64,000 nucleotides of DNA from assembly GCF_963921235.1 (NCBI RefSeq), contig NC_086097.1, positions 241,368,001 to 241,432,000 of the forward strand, in the 5' to 3' direction. The position numbers and the translations under genes are program-made. Source of the DNA: Mobula hypostoma. Lineage: Eukaryota. Below, one piece after another: positions 12,585 to 24,718 of the stretch (position 1 is its first letter; each line of letters begins with the position of its first letter). The notes beneath the pieces were generated by a model. It searched no databases. It was not told where the DNA came from and saw only the letters and a list, made by a program, of their open reading frames with translations.

Positions 12585-13452
12585 GAACATAAGAAAATAA
12601 GAAATAGGAGCAGGAATTGGCCACCTGGCCCATCAAGCCTGCTCTGCCATTCAATAAGATCATGGCTGATCTGGCCATGGACTCATCTCCACCTACCTGG
12701 TTTTCCCCATAACCCTTAATTCCCCTACTATGAAAAAACCTATCCAACTTTGTCTTAGATATATTTAGTGAGCTTCCACTGCTTCATTGGGCAGAGAATT
12801 CCACAGATTCACTACTCTCTGGGAAAAGCAGTTCATCCTCATCTCCATCCTAAATCTACTTCCCCGAATCTTGAGGCTATGTCCCCTAGTTCTAGCCTTA
12901 CCTACCAATGGAAACAACTTTCCTACCTCTTTCTTATCTATCCCTTTCTTCTGAAATCCGGTGAGTACAGTCCCAGATGACTCAATCTCTCCTCATAGTC
13001 TAATCCCCCCATCTCTGGAATCAACCTGGTGAACCTCCTCTGCATTGCCTCCAAAGCCTCAAGTATGGAGACCAGAACCGCATGCAGTACTCCAGGTGCG
13101 GCCTCGCCAGTACCCTATACAGTTGCAGCATAACCTCCCTGTTCTTAAATTCAATCCCTCTAGCAATAAAGGCCAACATCCCATTTGCCTTCTTGATAGG
13201 CTGCTGCACCTGCAAACCAACCTTTTGTGATTCATGCACAAGCACTCCCAAGTCCCTCTGCACAGCCGCATGCTGCCATTTTTACTATTTAAATAATAAT
13301 CTGCTCCTTCATTTTTCCTTCCAAAGTGGATGACCTCGCATTTACCATCATTGTACTCGATCTGCCAGACCCTTGCCCACTCACTTAACCTATCTGTATC
13401 TCTCAGTAGACTTTCCATATCTTCTGCACAATTTGTTTTTCCACTCAATTTA
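12585..13452 (-). mobile_element. CR1 3' fragment
   Basis: LSEWARVWQIEYN..QRDLGVLVH..LYRVLARPHLEYC; TTCTTATG-like tail. Confidence 0.88.
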
Positions 13453-14237
13453 TTGCAGGCAGTAGATGCACCTGGAAGAATTTTTTTTCTGGCGACCCAA
13501 TCGAATCGAGAGAGCAGGCTACACACAGGTAAGGCAAGAGATTTAAAAAGAAGCACTCATGGGCTTTCAGCATTTTCCAGTGGCCCAGTCGAATTATAAT
13601 TTATTAGCAAGGGTAAACAAAAATAAGGTAGGGACAGACGGAGTGGCAATTTTGTGAATGGACCAGTTTTAAAGTGGGGAGATAAGTTTCTAGTAGGTCT
13701 CTTCTTCCACATTCTTCACCAGTTAAGGCAGTGAGAATGGCTCCAGGGGCTGTGTTGTGTTCTTTGTGTGAGATGTGGGAATTCTGGGAGATCTCCAGCG
13801 TCCCAGATAAACACAAATGCATCAGGTACACTGAGCTGCAGCTTCTCAGAGATCATGTTAAAAAACTGGGGCTGCAGCTTGATGACCTTCGACTCATACG
13901 AGAAATTTGGGAGGTGATAGATTGGAGCTACAGGGAGGTAGTCGCCCCTAAGATGCAGGAGGCAGGTACCTGGGTGATCATCAGGTGAGGAGAAGGAAAC
14001 GGGCAGCCAGTGCAGAGTACCCTTGTGGCCTCTCCTCTCAATAATAAGTGTATCGCTTTGGATACTGTTGAAGGGGCGACCGACTGGGGGGAGCCACAGT
14101 GACCATGCCTCTGGCACTGGGTCTGGCTCTGTAATTCAGAAAGGAATGTGGGGAGCAGAGGACTGCAGTAGTGATAGTTAAAGAAGCAGACGCGAGGTAC
14201 TGTGGGCATGAAAGAGACACCTGGATGGTATATTGCC

Positions 14238-15090
14238 TCCCAGGTGCTAGGGTCAGGGATGAAATACAATGTTGGAAAGTGTATGGATATGCACTGTGGC
14301 AGAAGAAATAAACAGGCAGACTATTATTTAAATGGGGAGAGAATTCAAAGTTCTGAGATGCAACGGGACTTGGGAGTCCTCGTGCAGGATACCCTTAAGG
14401 TTAACCTCCAGGTTGAGTCGGTGGTGAAGAAGGCGGATGCAATGTTGGCATTCATTTCTAGAGGAATAGAGCATAGGAGCAGGGATGTGATGTTGAGGCT
14501 CTATAAGGCGCTGGTAAGACCTCACTTGGAGTATTGTGGGCAGTTTTGGGCTCCTTATTTAAGAAAGGATGTGCTGACGTTGGAGAGGGTACAGAGAAGA
14601 TTCACTAGAATGATTCCGGGAATGAGAGGGTTAACATATGAGGAACGTTTGGCCGCTCTTGGACTGTATTCCTTGGAGTTTAGAAGAATGAGGGGAGACC
14701 TCATAGAAACATTTCAAATGTTGAAAGGCATGGACAGAGTGGGTGTGGCAAAGTTGTTTCCCAAGACGGGGGAGTCTAGAACGGGAGAGCATGACTTAAG
14801 GATTGAAGGGCGCCCATTCAGAACAGAGATGCAAAGAAATTTTTTTAGTCAGAGGGTGGTGAATCTATGGAATTTGTTTCCATGGGTGGCAGTGGAGGCC
14901 AAGTCATTGGGTGTATTTAAGGCAGAGATTGATAGGTATCTGAGTAGCCAGGGCATCAAAGGTTATGGTGAGAAGGCGGGGGAGTGGGACAAAATGGGAG
15001 AATGGATCAGCTCATGATAAAATGGCGGAGCAGACTCGATGGGCCAAATGGCCGGATTCTGCTCCTTTGTCTTATGGTCTTATGGTCTAC
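14238..15090 (+). mobile_element. Younger CR1 3' fragment nested in ORF1 of the older CR1
   Basis: Uninterrupted ~260-codon RT C-terminus with a (TCTTATGG)n tail; the host ORF1 resumes after it. Confidence 0.9.
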
Positions 15091-17125
15091 AGTCTTATGT
15101 GTCAGATCGGGTCCACAACATTCTGAAGGGAGAGGGTGTTGGTACATATGGGCACCAAAGACAAAGGGAGGAAAAGCGAGGAGATCCTGAAGAAAGAATT
15201 TAGGGAGCTAGGTAGAAAGATGAAAATCAGGACCTCCTGGGTAGTGATCTCTGGATACCAGAGAGGGTAAAAGTAGGATGATTTGGCAGGTGAATGCGTG
15301 GCCATGGAACTGGTTTCACAGATTTCTGGGTCATTGGGATCTCTTCTGGAGAAGGCATGATGTGTACAAAAGGGACGGTTTACACCTGAACCCGAGGGAG
15401 ACCAATATCCTTGCAGGCAGGTTTGCTAGAGCTGTTGGGGAGGGCTTAAACTAAATTGCCAGGGGATGGAACCAGAGTGATAGGTTGAGGATGGGGCAGT
15501 CTGTATACTAGTAAGTGTGGTGTGCAGTGAGACTGTCAGGAAGGACAGGCAGGTGATAGGGCAAAATTGCAGTCGGCGGGATGAGTTGCAGTGTAACAGG
15601 GGTAGAAAATCAAAAAGGGTGGTGGATATAGGACTGAAGGTGCTATATTTGAATGCATGCTATATACAGAATAAGACAGATGATCTTTTAGTACAGTTAG
15701 AGATTGGTAGGTATGACGTTGAGGGCGTCACTGAGTCGTGACTGAAAGAAGATCATAGATGGCAGGTTAACATCGAAGGATACATATTGTATCAAAAGGA
15801 CAGGCAGGTAGGCAGAGGGGAATGGCAATGGTTCTGTAGGTAAAAAATGAAATCAAATCCTTAGAAAGAGTTGACATGGGGTCCAAAGATGTAGAATTGC
15901 TGTGAGTAGAGTTAAGAGACTGCAAGGATAAAAAAGATCCTGATGGGAGGTATACACAGGCCTCCAAACGGTAGCCAAGATGTGGTCTACAAATTACAAT
16001 GGGATTACAATGAAAATGCATATCAAAAAGGCAATGTTACGATAGTACAGTAATGGGAGATTTCAATATGCAAGTAGATTTGGAAAATCAGATTGGTGCT
16101 GGATCCCAAGAGAGCAAATTTGTAGAACGCCTATGAGATAACTTTTTATTGCAGCTTATCGTTGATCCCACTAGGGATATTCTGGATGAGGTGTTGTGTA
16201 ATGAACCAGATTTGATTAGAGAGTTTAAGGTAACAGAACTTTTAGGAAGTAGTGACCTTAATATGACAAACTTAACCCTGCAGTTTGAGAGGGTGAAGGT
16301 AAAGTCAGGCGTATCGGTATTACAGTGGAGTATAGGAAATTACAGAGGCAAGAGAGAGGAGACTGGAATAGGACACTAGCAGGTGTGAATGCAACGGATG
16401 GATATCAGACTGCTGGAAAATGATGCCGGAGAGGACAAGGAGATGGCAGGTGAACTAAATAAGTCTTCCCCATCGTCTTCATTGTGGAAGACAGTAGCTG
16501 TATGCCGGAAGTTTGAGAGTGTCAAGGGGCAGAAGTGAGTGCAATTGCTATTACTAGGGAGAGGGTGATTGGAATTGGAAAGCTGAAAGTTCTGAAGGTA
16601 AGTAAGTCACCCAGAGCAGATGGACCACTCATCCGGGCTCAGACAGAGGAGGATGGGGAGAATGTACTGATATTTCAAGAATCAATAGATTCTGTAATGG
16701 TTCAGGAGGACTGGAAAACTGCAAATATTACTCTAATCTTCCAGAAGGGAGGGAGGCAGAAGAAAGGAAATTATAGGCCCATTATCCTGACTTCAGTGAC
16801 TGGGAAGATGTTGGAATCCATTGTTAAGGATGTGGTTTCGGGGCACTTGGAGACACATGATAAATTAGGTCAAAGTCAGAATGATTTCCTTAAGGGAAAA
16901 TATTGCCTGACAAATCCGTTGGAATTCTTTGAGGAAATAACAAGCAGGGTGGACAATGGAGAATCAGTGGATGTTGTGTACTTGGATTTTCAGAAAGCCG
17001 TTGACAAGGTGCTGCACATGAGACTGCTTTTCAAGATAAGAGCCCATGGTATTACAGGGAAGATACTAGTGTGGATAAAGTAGTGGCTGATTGGTTGGAG
17101 GCAAATAATAGGAATAAAGGGAGCC

Positions 17126-17193
17126 GCACATATCAAATTTGCTGGTGAACGCAGCAGGCCAGGCAGCATCTCTAGGAAGAGGTACAGTCGACA
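17126..17193 (-). mobile_element. 68-bp Penelope pLTR fragment insertion with 5-bp TSD
   Basis: GAGCC at 17121-17125 and 17194-17198 flanks sequence nearly identical to part of the 50.6-kb arm. Confidence 0.8.
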
Positions 17194-17845
17194 GAGCCTT
17201 TTCTGGCTGGCTGCTGGTAACTAGACATGTTCCGTAGGGGTCAGTACTGGGACCACTTCTTTTACATTATATGTCAATAATTTAGATGAGAGAATTGATG
17301 ACTTTGTGGCCAAGTTTCTAGATGATATGAAGATAGCTGGAGGGGCAGGTCGTGTTGAGGAAGCAGAGAAGCTGCAGAAGGACTTAGAGAGATGAGGAGA
17401 ATGGGCAAAGAAGTGGTAGATGGAATATAGTGTCAGGAAGTGTATGGTCATGCACTTTGGTAGAAGGATTAAAGGTGTACACTATTTTCTAAGCAGGTGG
17501 AAAATTCAAAAATCTGAGGTTCAGAAGGACTTGGGAGTCCCCGTGCAGGATTCCCTAAAGGTTATCTTGCAGGTTACATCAGTGGTAAGGAAGGCAAATG
17601 CAATGTTAACATTCATTTTGAGAGGAGAATATAAAAGCAAGGATGTAACGTTGAGGCTTTATAAAGCACTGGTGCAGCCTCACTTGGAGTATTGTGAGGA
17701 GTTTTGGGTCCCCTTTCTGAAAAGGATGTGCTGAAACTGGAGGACATTTCAAAGGAGGTTCATGAGAATAATTCCAAGAATAAAATAATTCCTATGAGGA
17801 GAGTTTGGGCCTGTACTTGCTGGAATTTAGAAAAATGAGAAGGGA

Positions 17846-18353
17846 TCAGAATCAGGATCAGAATCAGAATCCTTTATTATCGCCAAGTATGTAGACACAT
17901 ACAGGGAATTTGATGCCGGTTTCCCTGAGCTCTCGCTGTACAGAATCAAAAAGCAAACAAAACAATAGTGCAAATAAACATGAACTATATACAAAGAGGT
18001 AGACCTGTTGTATGTACAGGTGGATTTGGTTTATAATAGACTAAAATTCAAATGTTCATAAGACTGATGGCATACAGAAAGAAACTGTTCTTGTACCTAT
18101 TTGTCCTGGCATATAGTGATCTAAAGTGCATACCAGAAGGAAGGAGTTGGAACAGGTGATGTCCAGGGTGTGATGGGTCTACAATGATGCTGCTTGCTTG
18201 CTTCCTGACTCTAGATGCATTTAAGTCCTGGATCGGGGGCAGCTTCACACCAATAATCCTTTCCGCAGCCCTGACAGTTCTTTGGAGTCTATCCTTGTCT
18301 TGTTTGGTAGCTGATCCAAACCAGACAGTGATGGATGAACAGCGATGGACAGT
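17846..18353 (-). mobile_element. Rex1/Babar-like LINE 3' fragment nested in CR1
   Basis: SSITVWFGSATKQDKDRLQRTVRAAERIIG..DPSHPGHHLFQLLPSG..RYKNSFF; (TTCTGA)n tail. Confidence 0.85.
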
Positions 18354-19359
18354 GATCTCATTGAAATCTATCGAATGTTGAAAGGGCTGGATAGTGCGCA
18401 TGTGGAGAGGATGTTTTCTATAGAGGGGGATTGAGGACCAGTGGGCACTGCCTCAGAATAGAGGCACAACCATTTAGAATGGAAGTGAGGGGGAATTTCT
18501 TTAGCCAGAGGGTGGTGAATCTGTGGAATTCGTTGTCTGGCTGCAGAGGCCGGATCATTCGGTATATTTAAGGCCTTCAGGTTACAGAGAGAAAGCAAAA
18601 GAGTAGGATTGAGAGGGAAAATGGATCAGCCATGAACAAATAGCAGGCAGACTTGACGGGCTGAGTGACCCATTTCTGCTCCTATATCTTATGGCCTCAT
18701 GGTTTTATGAAATGTGTTCAAGAGGGTGCACCAAGAAAGCAATTTTTGTTTGGCTGCAGAGAGCAAGTGTGAAAGGAGGGACTGAACAGTCAAAAGACGC
18801 AACTGCTGACCACAGCCACAACTTAGTTTTGCCCACACTGCATCAGAATACGTGAATCCTGGACTGGCCTCTCCAGCGTCCTGAGGACCACCGATACTGC
18901 TATCACAAGATCACATTGCTACCACGATAGATAGGGGAAATTGAAGCAAGCTTTTTCCACTGAAGTCGGGTGTGACATGAGCTAGAAGTCATGGGCTAAG
19001 GGTGAAAGGTAAATGTTTGAGGAGAGCATGAGAGGGAACCTTTTCACTCAGAGGGTGATGAGAGTGTGGAACAAGTGTAGAAGTGGTGAGTATGAGTTTG
19101 ATTTCAACAGTTAAGAGTCATTTGGATAGGTACATGGATGGGAGAGCAATGTTCTAGAAGCACGTTGATGGGACTAGGCAGAACAATAGTTCAGCATGGA
19201 CTAGATGGGCCAAAGGGCATGTTTCTGTGCTGTAATGTTCCATGACTCTATATATAGGTAATTGTTGAATGCCAGGAGCTTCTCCCCAAATGCTATTCAC
19301 CTCACTCACCATTCAAATACAAGGAATAAAATGATATTGCCATATTTAATGCTTTCTTA

Positions 19360-20470
19360 AATCTTTGACAAACTTCTATAGATGTACAATGGAGGGTATA
19401 CTAACTGGTTGCATTATGGCACAGTATGGAAACACCAATGGCCAAGAACAGACAAGTCTACAAAAAGTGATGGATACAGACCAGTCTATCACAGGAAAAG
19501 CCCTTCCCACCGCTGAGCACACCTACAAAGAGTGTTGCTACAAGAAAGCAATATTCATCATCAAGGACCCCCATCATCTGGGCCTGCTCTTTTCTTGCTG
19601 CTACCATTGGGAAAAAGACACCACCAGGTTCAGGAACAGTTATTACCCTACAACCATCAAACTCCTAATCCAGTAAGGATAACTTCATTCACCTTAACAG
19701 TAAACTGATTCTACAATCTGTGGACTACAATCTGGTTAACAACAGATGGTGCAATCCTGGTCATATTACAATCAAGGAACGGGTCTGTAGCCTGGATATC
19801 AAACTTTTTGCTGTTGGACTCTGGCCATATTATTTGCCAAGGGAAATCTCGCATGCAATTGTGGTTGTTGTGTACATCCCTCCCTCTGCCAACCCGACGT
19901 CGGCATGTAACACCATTTACACCGTTGGGCACAGGAGTACATTCAACCAGAGACTCATTCCACTGGGATACAGAACTGAGCGTCATGGGAAGTCACTCCT
20001 GCCTGTGGCCATCAAACTTTACATCTCCTCCCTTGGAGGGTCAGACACCCTGGGCCAATGGGCTGGTCCTGGACTTATTTCCATCTGGAATGGTTTACAT
20101 ATTATTATTTGATTGTTTGTGGTTTTGTATTGCTATGTTTGTACTTTGTTCTTGTTTGGTGCAACTGTAACGAAACCCAATTTCCCTCGGGATCAATAAA
20201 GTATGGCTATCTATCTATCTATCTGTCTGTCTGTCTCACTTCCAAAGACCCTTCAACTCAGGTTTACTAATTTATTTATTTTTATTATTATTTGCATTTG
20301 CACATTTTGTCTCCTTTGGCGCAGTCTTTGTGTGTAGTTTTTCATTGTTTCTATTGTGCTTCATTTTTTTTACTGTGAACACCTGCTAGAAAATATATCT
20401 CAGAGTACTATATGGTGATTATATACAGTGCGTACTCTGAAAATAATTTTACATTGAAATTTCAACTTTG
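19360..20470 (+). mobile_element. Rex1-like 3' fragment hosting an internally deleted LINE derivative (19727-20236)
   Basis: TNFYRCTMEGILTGCI..RFRNSYYP; the insert has VNNRWC..YYLPREISHAIVVVVYIPPSAN fused to a 3' end with a (TATC)n tail. Confidence 0.75.
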
Positions 20471-20886
20471 ATCTTTAGAGCTTACTGGAATATATTAGGG
20501 GGGCTCACCCATTTCAGGATAAGCACTCTTTCGACAGTATCGTTATGACATTCAGATATATTGAAGGCCTGAACCCGCAACCACCCCCCCCCCACCACTA
20601 CATCCACATTAGCCTCTCTTCTCCACCCCCACCGCACCCTTCATTGCACCCCAAGCACTGCCACTCTACGCTTACACTTCACGCCTCATACCTGCACTGG
20701 TTCAGACAGACAGAAAGGCAATAGTAACTCAAGTAGCAGATACAAAATGCTGGAGGAACTCAGCAGGTCAGCCAGCAACTATGGAGAGGAATAACCAGTC
20801 AATGTTTTGGGCTGAGACCCTTCATTAGGACTGGTCTATCATATGGGACATATCAAAAGCCTTACTAAAGTCCATAAAATCTACAT

Positions 20887-22232
20887 GCAAACACTAGGAA
20901 ATCTGCAGATGCTGGAATTTCAAGCAACACACATCAAAGTTGCTGGTGAACGCAGCAGGCCGGGCAGCATCTCTAGGAAGAGGTACAGTCGACGTTTTGG
21001 GCCGAGATCCTTTGTCAGGACTAACTGAAAGAAGAGCTAGTAAGAGATTTGAAAGTGGGGGGGGGGTAGGGGGAGATCCGAAATGATAGGAGAAGACAGG
21101 AGGGGGATGGATGGAGCCAAGAGCTGGACAGGTGATTGGCAAAAGGGATATGAGAAGATCATGGGACAGGAGGCACAGGGAGAAGGAAAAGGGGGAGGGG
21201 GGAACCCAGAGGATGGGCAAGGGGTATAGTGAGAGGGACAGAGGGAGAAAAAGGAGACAGAGAAAAAGAATATGTGTATATAAATAAATAAATAATGGAT
21301 GGGGTACAAGGGGGAGGTGGGGCATTAGTGGAAGTTTGAGAAGTCAATGTTCATGCCATCAGGTAGAAGGTTACCCAGAAGGAATACAAGGTGTTGTTTT
21401 CTCACGGTAATATGTCGAAGCTGCACCCTCTCTAACATGTTGGTAGAGAGAGTTTTATTTGGGTTTTCTTTAGCGCTGGAAATGGTTACATCCCGACACG
21501 CGGGACAGAAGCAAGGTCGCATTGTGTATTCCACGGACCAGCAAATACCGGCCGGCTTAGCGAACAGAGTGGTGGACAACCCTGCTCAAATCCGGAGGAA
21601 AACACACAGAGGGGGATCACAAAGCCGAGGAAAGAGGACCGGGACGAGACAACAGAGACTTATGGAGAAGAGGAGTTTGGTGGGTAATACCGTTCCGGCT
21701 GACCGGAAGTGCACTGAGAGCGGTAAGCGTAAAGGAGTTCGGTGCTTACTGATCTGGCTAACAACGGATGATGCAATCCGGGGTATATTACGATCGAGGA
21801 ACGTGTTTGCAGACTGGATACTGAAATTTTTACTGTTGGACTTCGGCCACATTCCACCGTGATACAACACTTGGCGGCACGGGAGGTCGTTCCTGCCTGT
21901 GACCATCGAACGTGCAGCTCCTCCCATGGAGGGTCAGACACCCTGAGCCAATAGACTGGTCCTGGACTTATTTTCCATCTGGCATAGTTTGCTTTTTGGT
22001 GTTTGATTGTTGGGGTTTTTTGTATTGCTATATTTACGCTCTATTCTTGGTTGGTGCGGCTATAATGAAATCAAATTTCCCTCGGGATTAATAAAGTATA
22101 TCTATCTATCTATCTATCTATCTAACCTGAGTGTGGCTTCATCTTTACAGTAGCGGAGGCCGTGGATAGACATGTCAGAATGGGAATGGGACGTGGAATT
22201 AGAATGAGTGGCCACTGGGAGATCCTGCTATG
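20887..22232 (-). mobile_element. Penelope-like fragment split by a (TATC)n-tailed insertion
   Basis: pLTR and QHLVFLLGNLLPDGMNIDF at 20887-21400; the GIY-YIG sequence resumes at ~22124. Confidence 0.8.
21402..22123 (+). mobile_element. Internally deleted Rex1-like LINE derivative
   Basis: 5'-region remnant (IVYSTDQ..IRRKTHRG) plus a short endonuclease remnant, joined to the same 3' end as 19727-20236 (GGAGGGTCAGACACCCTG..TTTCCCTCGGGAT.AATAAAGTA, then (TATC)n). Confidence 0.75.
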
Positions 22233-22526
22233 ATTTGAAAGAAAGTGTAAGACCATAAGATATAGGAGCAGGATTAGGCCATTCGGCCCATCGAGCCTGT
22301 CCTGCCCTTTCATCATGGATGATCCATTTTACCTCTCAGCCCCAATCTCCTGCCTTCTCCCCGTATCCCTTCATGCCCTGTTTAATCAAGAATCTATTAA
22401 CTTCTGCCTTAAAAATATGTAAAGACTGCACAGGCCAAGTCTCTATGTAGATGGTATGATTAGTAAACTTGCAGATAATATTGAGCCTTGAAGTGGATGC
22501 GCCTCAGTGGCAGAAGGCCACGAACA

Positions 22527-22586
22527 TACACTCAGTGGCCACTTTATTAGGTAGGGGAGCCACATCCGAAAGTGCCACAGAGTATA
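22527..22586. mobile_element. Tiny Tc1-type MITE (TIR pair only)
   Basis: TA-CACTCAGTGGCCACTTTATTAGGTA...AAAGTGCCACAGAGTA-TA; the TIR resembles that of the 51.2-51.7 kb Tc1. Confidence 0.55.
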
Positions 22587-22709
22587 AATTAACACCAATC
22601 ACTTTGCACTCACGCACTAGATCCAATCCAAAATAGAGTCCTCAGCTGAATATAATACTGCATGCCTGTGACTTTAAATGTGGCACATAAAGATAAGCAC
22701 TGTACTCAC

Positions 22710-22763
22710 AAAGCATTGCTTGTGAAAACTTGAATGAACAGTCATTTTTATATAACTTGGGCT
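22710..22763 (-). other. Candidate 54-nt exon
   Basis: ctcacattttatttattggtttctcag|AGCCCAAG...ATGCTTT|gtgagt; length is a multiple of 3, open in phases 0 and 1. Confidence 0.4.
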
Positions 22764-23299
22764 CTGAGAAACCAATAAATAAAATGTGAGACAGACTGCA
22801 TTCTTTCCAACGAGGCACATCTAATGACCGAGCTTTATTTTGAAACATTATTAGTTAATGGTAAACATAATCCAGATGCGAGTTCAAATTACACTCAATA
22901 GTTCCTTTCATTTCCATGTTTTATTATTTCCTGATTTTACAGATATATTTTGTTTCTTTTCAGCAAAGGAATAAAATGGCAAAAACTGCATTTACTCTGA
23001 ATGGACCTGTTAATTAGTACCAAAATACATAGTCATCTCTGTAATGCATTATTACCAGGAGAGGGGCAAACCAAACCTGAACTGGAATTCTGATCAGCAT
23101 TTTTGACATTTGGGTGAAGAAGTTGTTGTTGCCAATGTATTCCCCTGATTTTCTGGATAGCATGCCAATTTCATCCAAAAACAGATAGAGATAAAAATAA
23201 ATATTAAAAGAAGATAGGGCGTGGAAGGTTTCGAGAGGGTACAGAGGACATTTACCAGGATGCTGCCAGGGTTAGCCAGTATACCCATCAGTTGCTGTA

Positions 23300-23956
23300 C
23301 AATTTGATAGGGTGATTAAGAAGGTGTGCGGTGTGTTGTTCTTCACTAGGGGATCAAGTTCAAGCAATGCAAGGAAATGCTCCAGCTCTGTAAAACTCCA
23401 CAAGACCATTCTTGAATATTGTGCTCAGTTCTGGTCACCTCATTATAGGAAAGATGTGAAGGCTTTAGAGAGGCTGCAGAGGAGATTTACCAGGATGCTG
23501 CCTGGATCAGAGAGCATGGCATGCTTTGTGAGGATAGGTTGAGCGAGCGAGGGCTTTTCTCTTTGGAGCAAAGGGGGATGAGAGCGACCTGATCGAGGTG
23601 TACAAGATGACAAGATGCATAGGTTGAGTGGACAGAAAGAGACTTTTTCCAGGAGGAGATGGCTGATATGGGGGGGGGGCCTGTAATTTTAAGGTGATTG
23701 GAGGAAAACAGAGGAAGGTTAGCGGAGATAGCTTTTTTTTCCACACAGAGAGTGATTGAGCACGGATTGCTCTGCCTGACATGGTGGTAAAATGAGATGC
23801 ATCAGGGACATTTGAGAGATTCATCGATAGCCACAGGGATGAATGGACAGCTATTGGGAGGGAAGGGTTAGATTGATCTCGGAGTAGGTTAAGAGGTCTG
23901 CACAATATAATGGGCTGAATGACCTGTACTGTGCTGTAATTTTCTCTGTTCTATGT
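23300..23956 (+). mobile_element. Decayed CR1 3' fragment
   Basis: LEYCAQFWSPHYRKDVKALERLQRRFTRMLPG plus a 3' UTR. Confidence 0.8.
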
Positions 23957-24140
23957 ATCGCGTACTCTAACATCCTGGTGTAGCAGCTTGCTCAACAAAC
24001 TGAAAGGTGGTTAGTTGTTACAACACGCACGCTGAGGCTGAGAGTTTCAAACAAATGCCATGACAGCACGTGAAATGCAGCTAGCTGATGGGGCAGTGGA
24101 TTGACTGCGTTGTTAAAACAATGTACAGACAGACAGATAG

Positions 24141-24165
24141 ACACACACACACACACACACACACA
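24141..24165. repeat. (CA)n microsatellite
   Basis: About 12 CA units, read directly. Confidence 0.95.
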
Positions 24166-24275
24166 ATCTGCGTCAAACCAGTGCCACACTGCCACATGAA
24201 ATGCAACGGAGCAGAGTTTCAGCTTGCTGAAGGACTGACAACACCTCCACGGTCACCTGAATGGGCATGAAATAC

Positions 24276-24332
24276 CTGTCAGAAGATCCAGAGTGATCCA
24301 CTATGTGCTGCACCACCTCCTTTTCGGCTCTA
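24276..24332 (-). CDS. Candidate 57-nt symmetric (phase 2-2) exon, RAEKEVVQHIVDHSGSSD
   Basis: Branch-like tagctcac, ~70-nt polypyrimidine tract, ttgccctgctttctttgcag acceptor, GACAG|gtattt donor; only one frame is open. Confidence 0.5.
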
Positions 24333-24718
24333 CTGCAAAGAAAGCAGGGCAAATGGGAAAAAGAGGAGGAAAGGAAGGAAAAGGAGAGGAGATAAAAGTA
24401 GGTAGGAGGTGAGCTAACCAATTCCGTTCTGTCCTGTCCAACCATGAACACATCACACAGTTGTGACATGCCCGAATTCCCCAACTCCCCTCCCAGCAAA
24501 GTGGCACGCCTTTCCTCACTCTTGCCAACCATCAATCTGTCTGCCAAACCTCAGGGCTACAAGTGAAATCCAACACAAAGTGAGCATCTATGGATGGCAA
24601 TGTTTAAAGCGATGGGCCTGGCCTGAAAAGTCGATTGCTTATAACCCTTCATAGATGCTGTCTGACCTGCTGAGTTCCTCCAGTATTTTATGTGCGTTGC
24701 TCTGGATTTCTGGCATCT

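Larger units (their letters stand above)
13500..18710 (+). mobile_element. Near full-length decayed CR1 LINE (ORF1 zinc finger/esterase, ORF2 EN+RT) with nested insertions
   Basis: ORF1-like VLCSLCEMWE..KCIRYTELQLL at 13.73 kb, esterase remnant DGLHLN at ~15.37 kb, EN LKVLYLNA at ~15.63 kb, RT NYRP..YLDFQKAVDKV at 16.5-17.1 kb, 3' UTR to ~18.7 kb. Confidence 0.85.
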
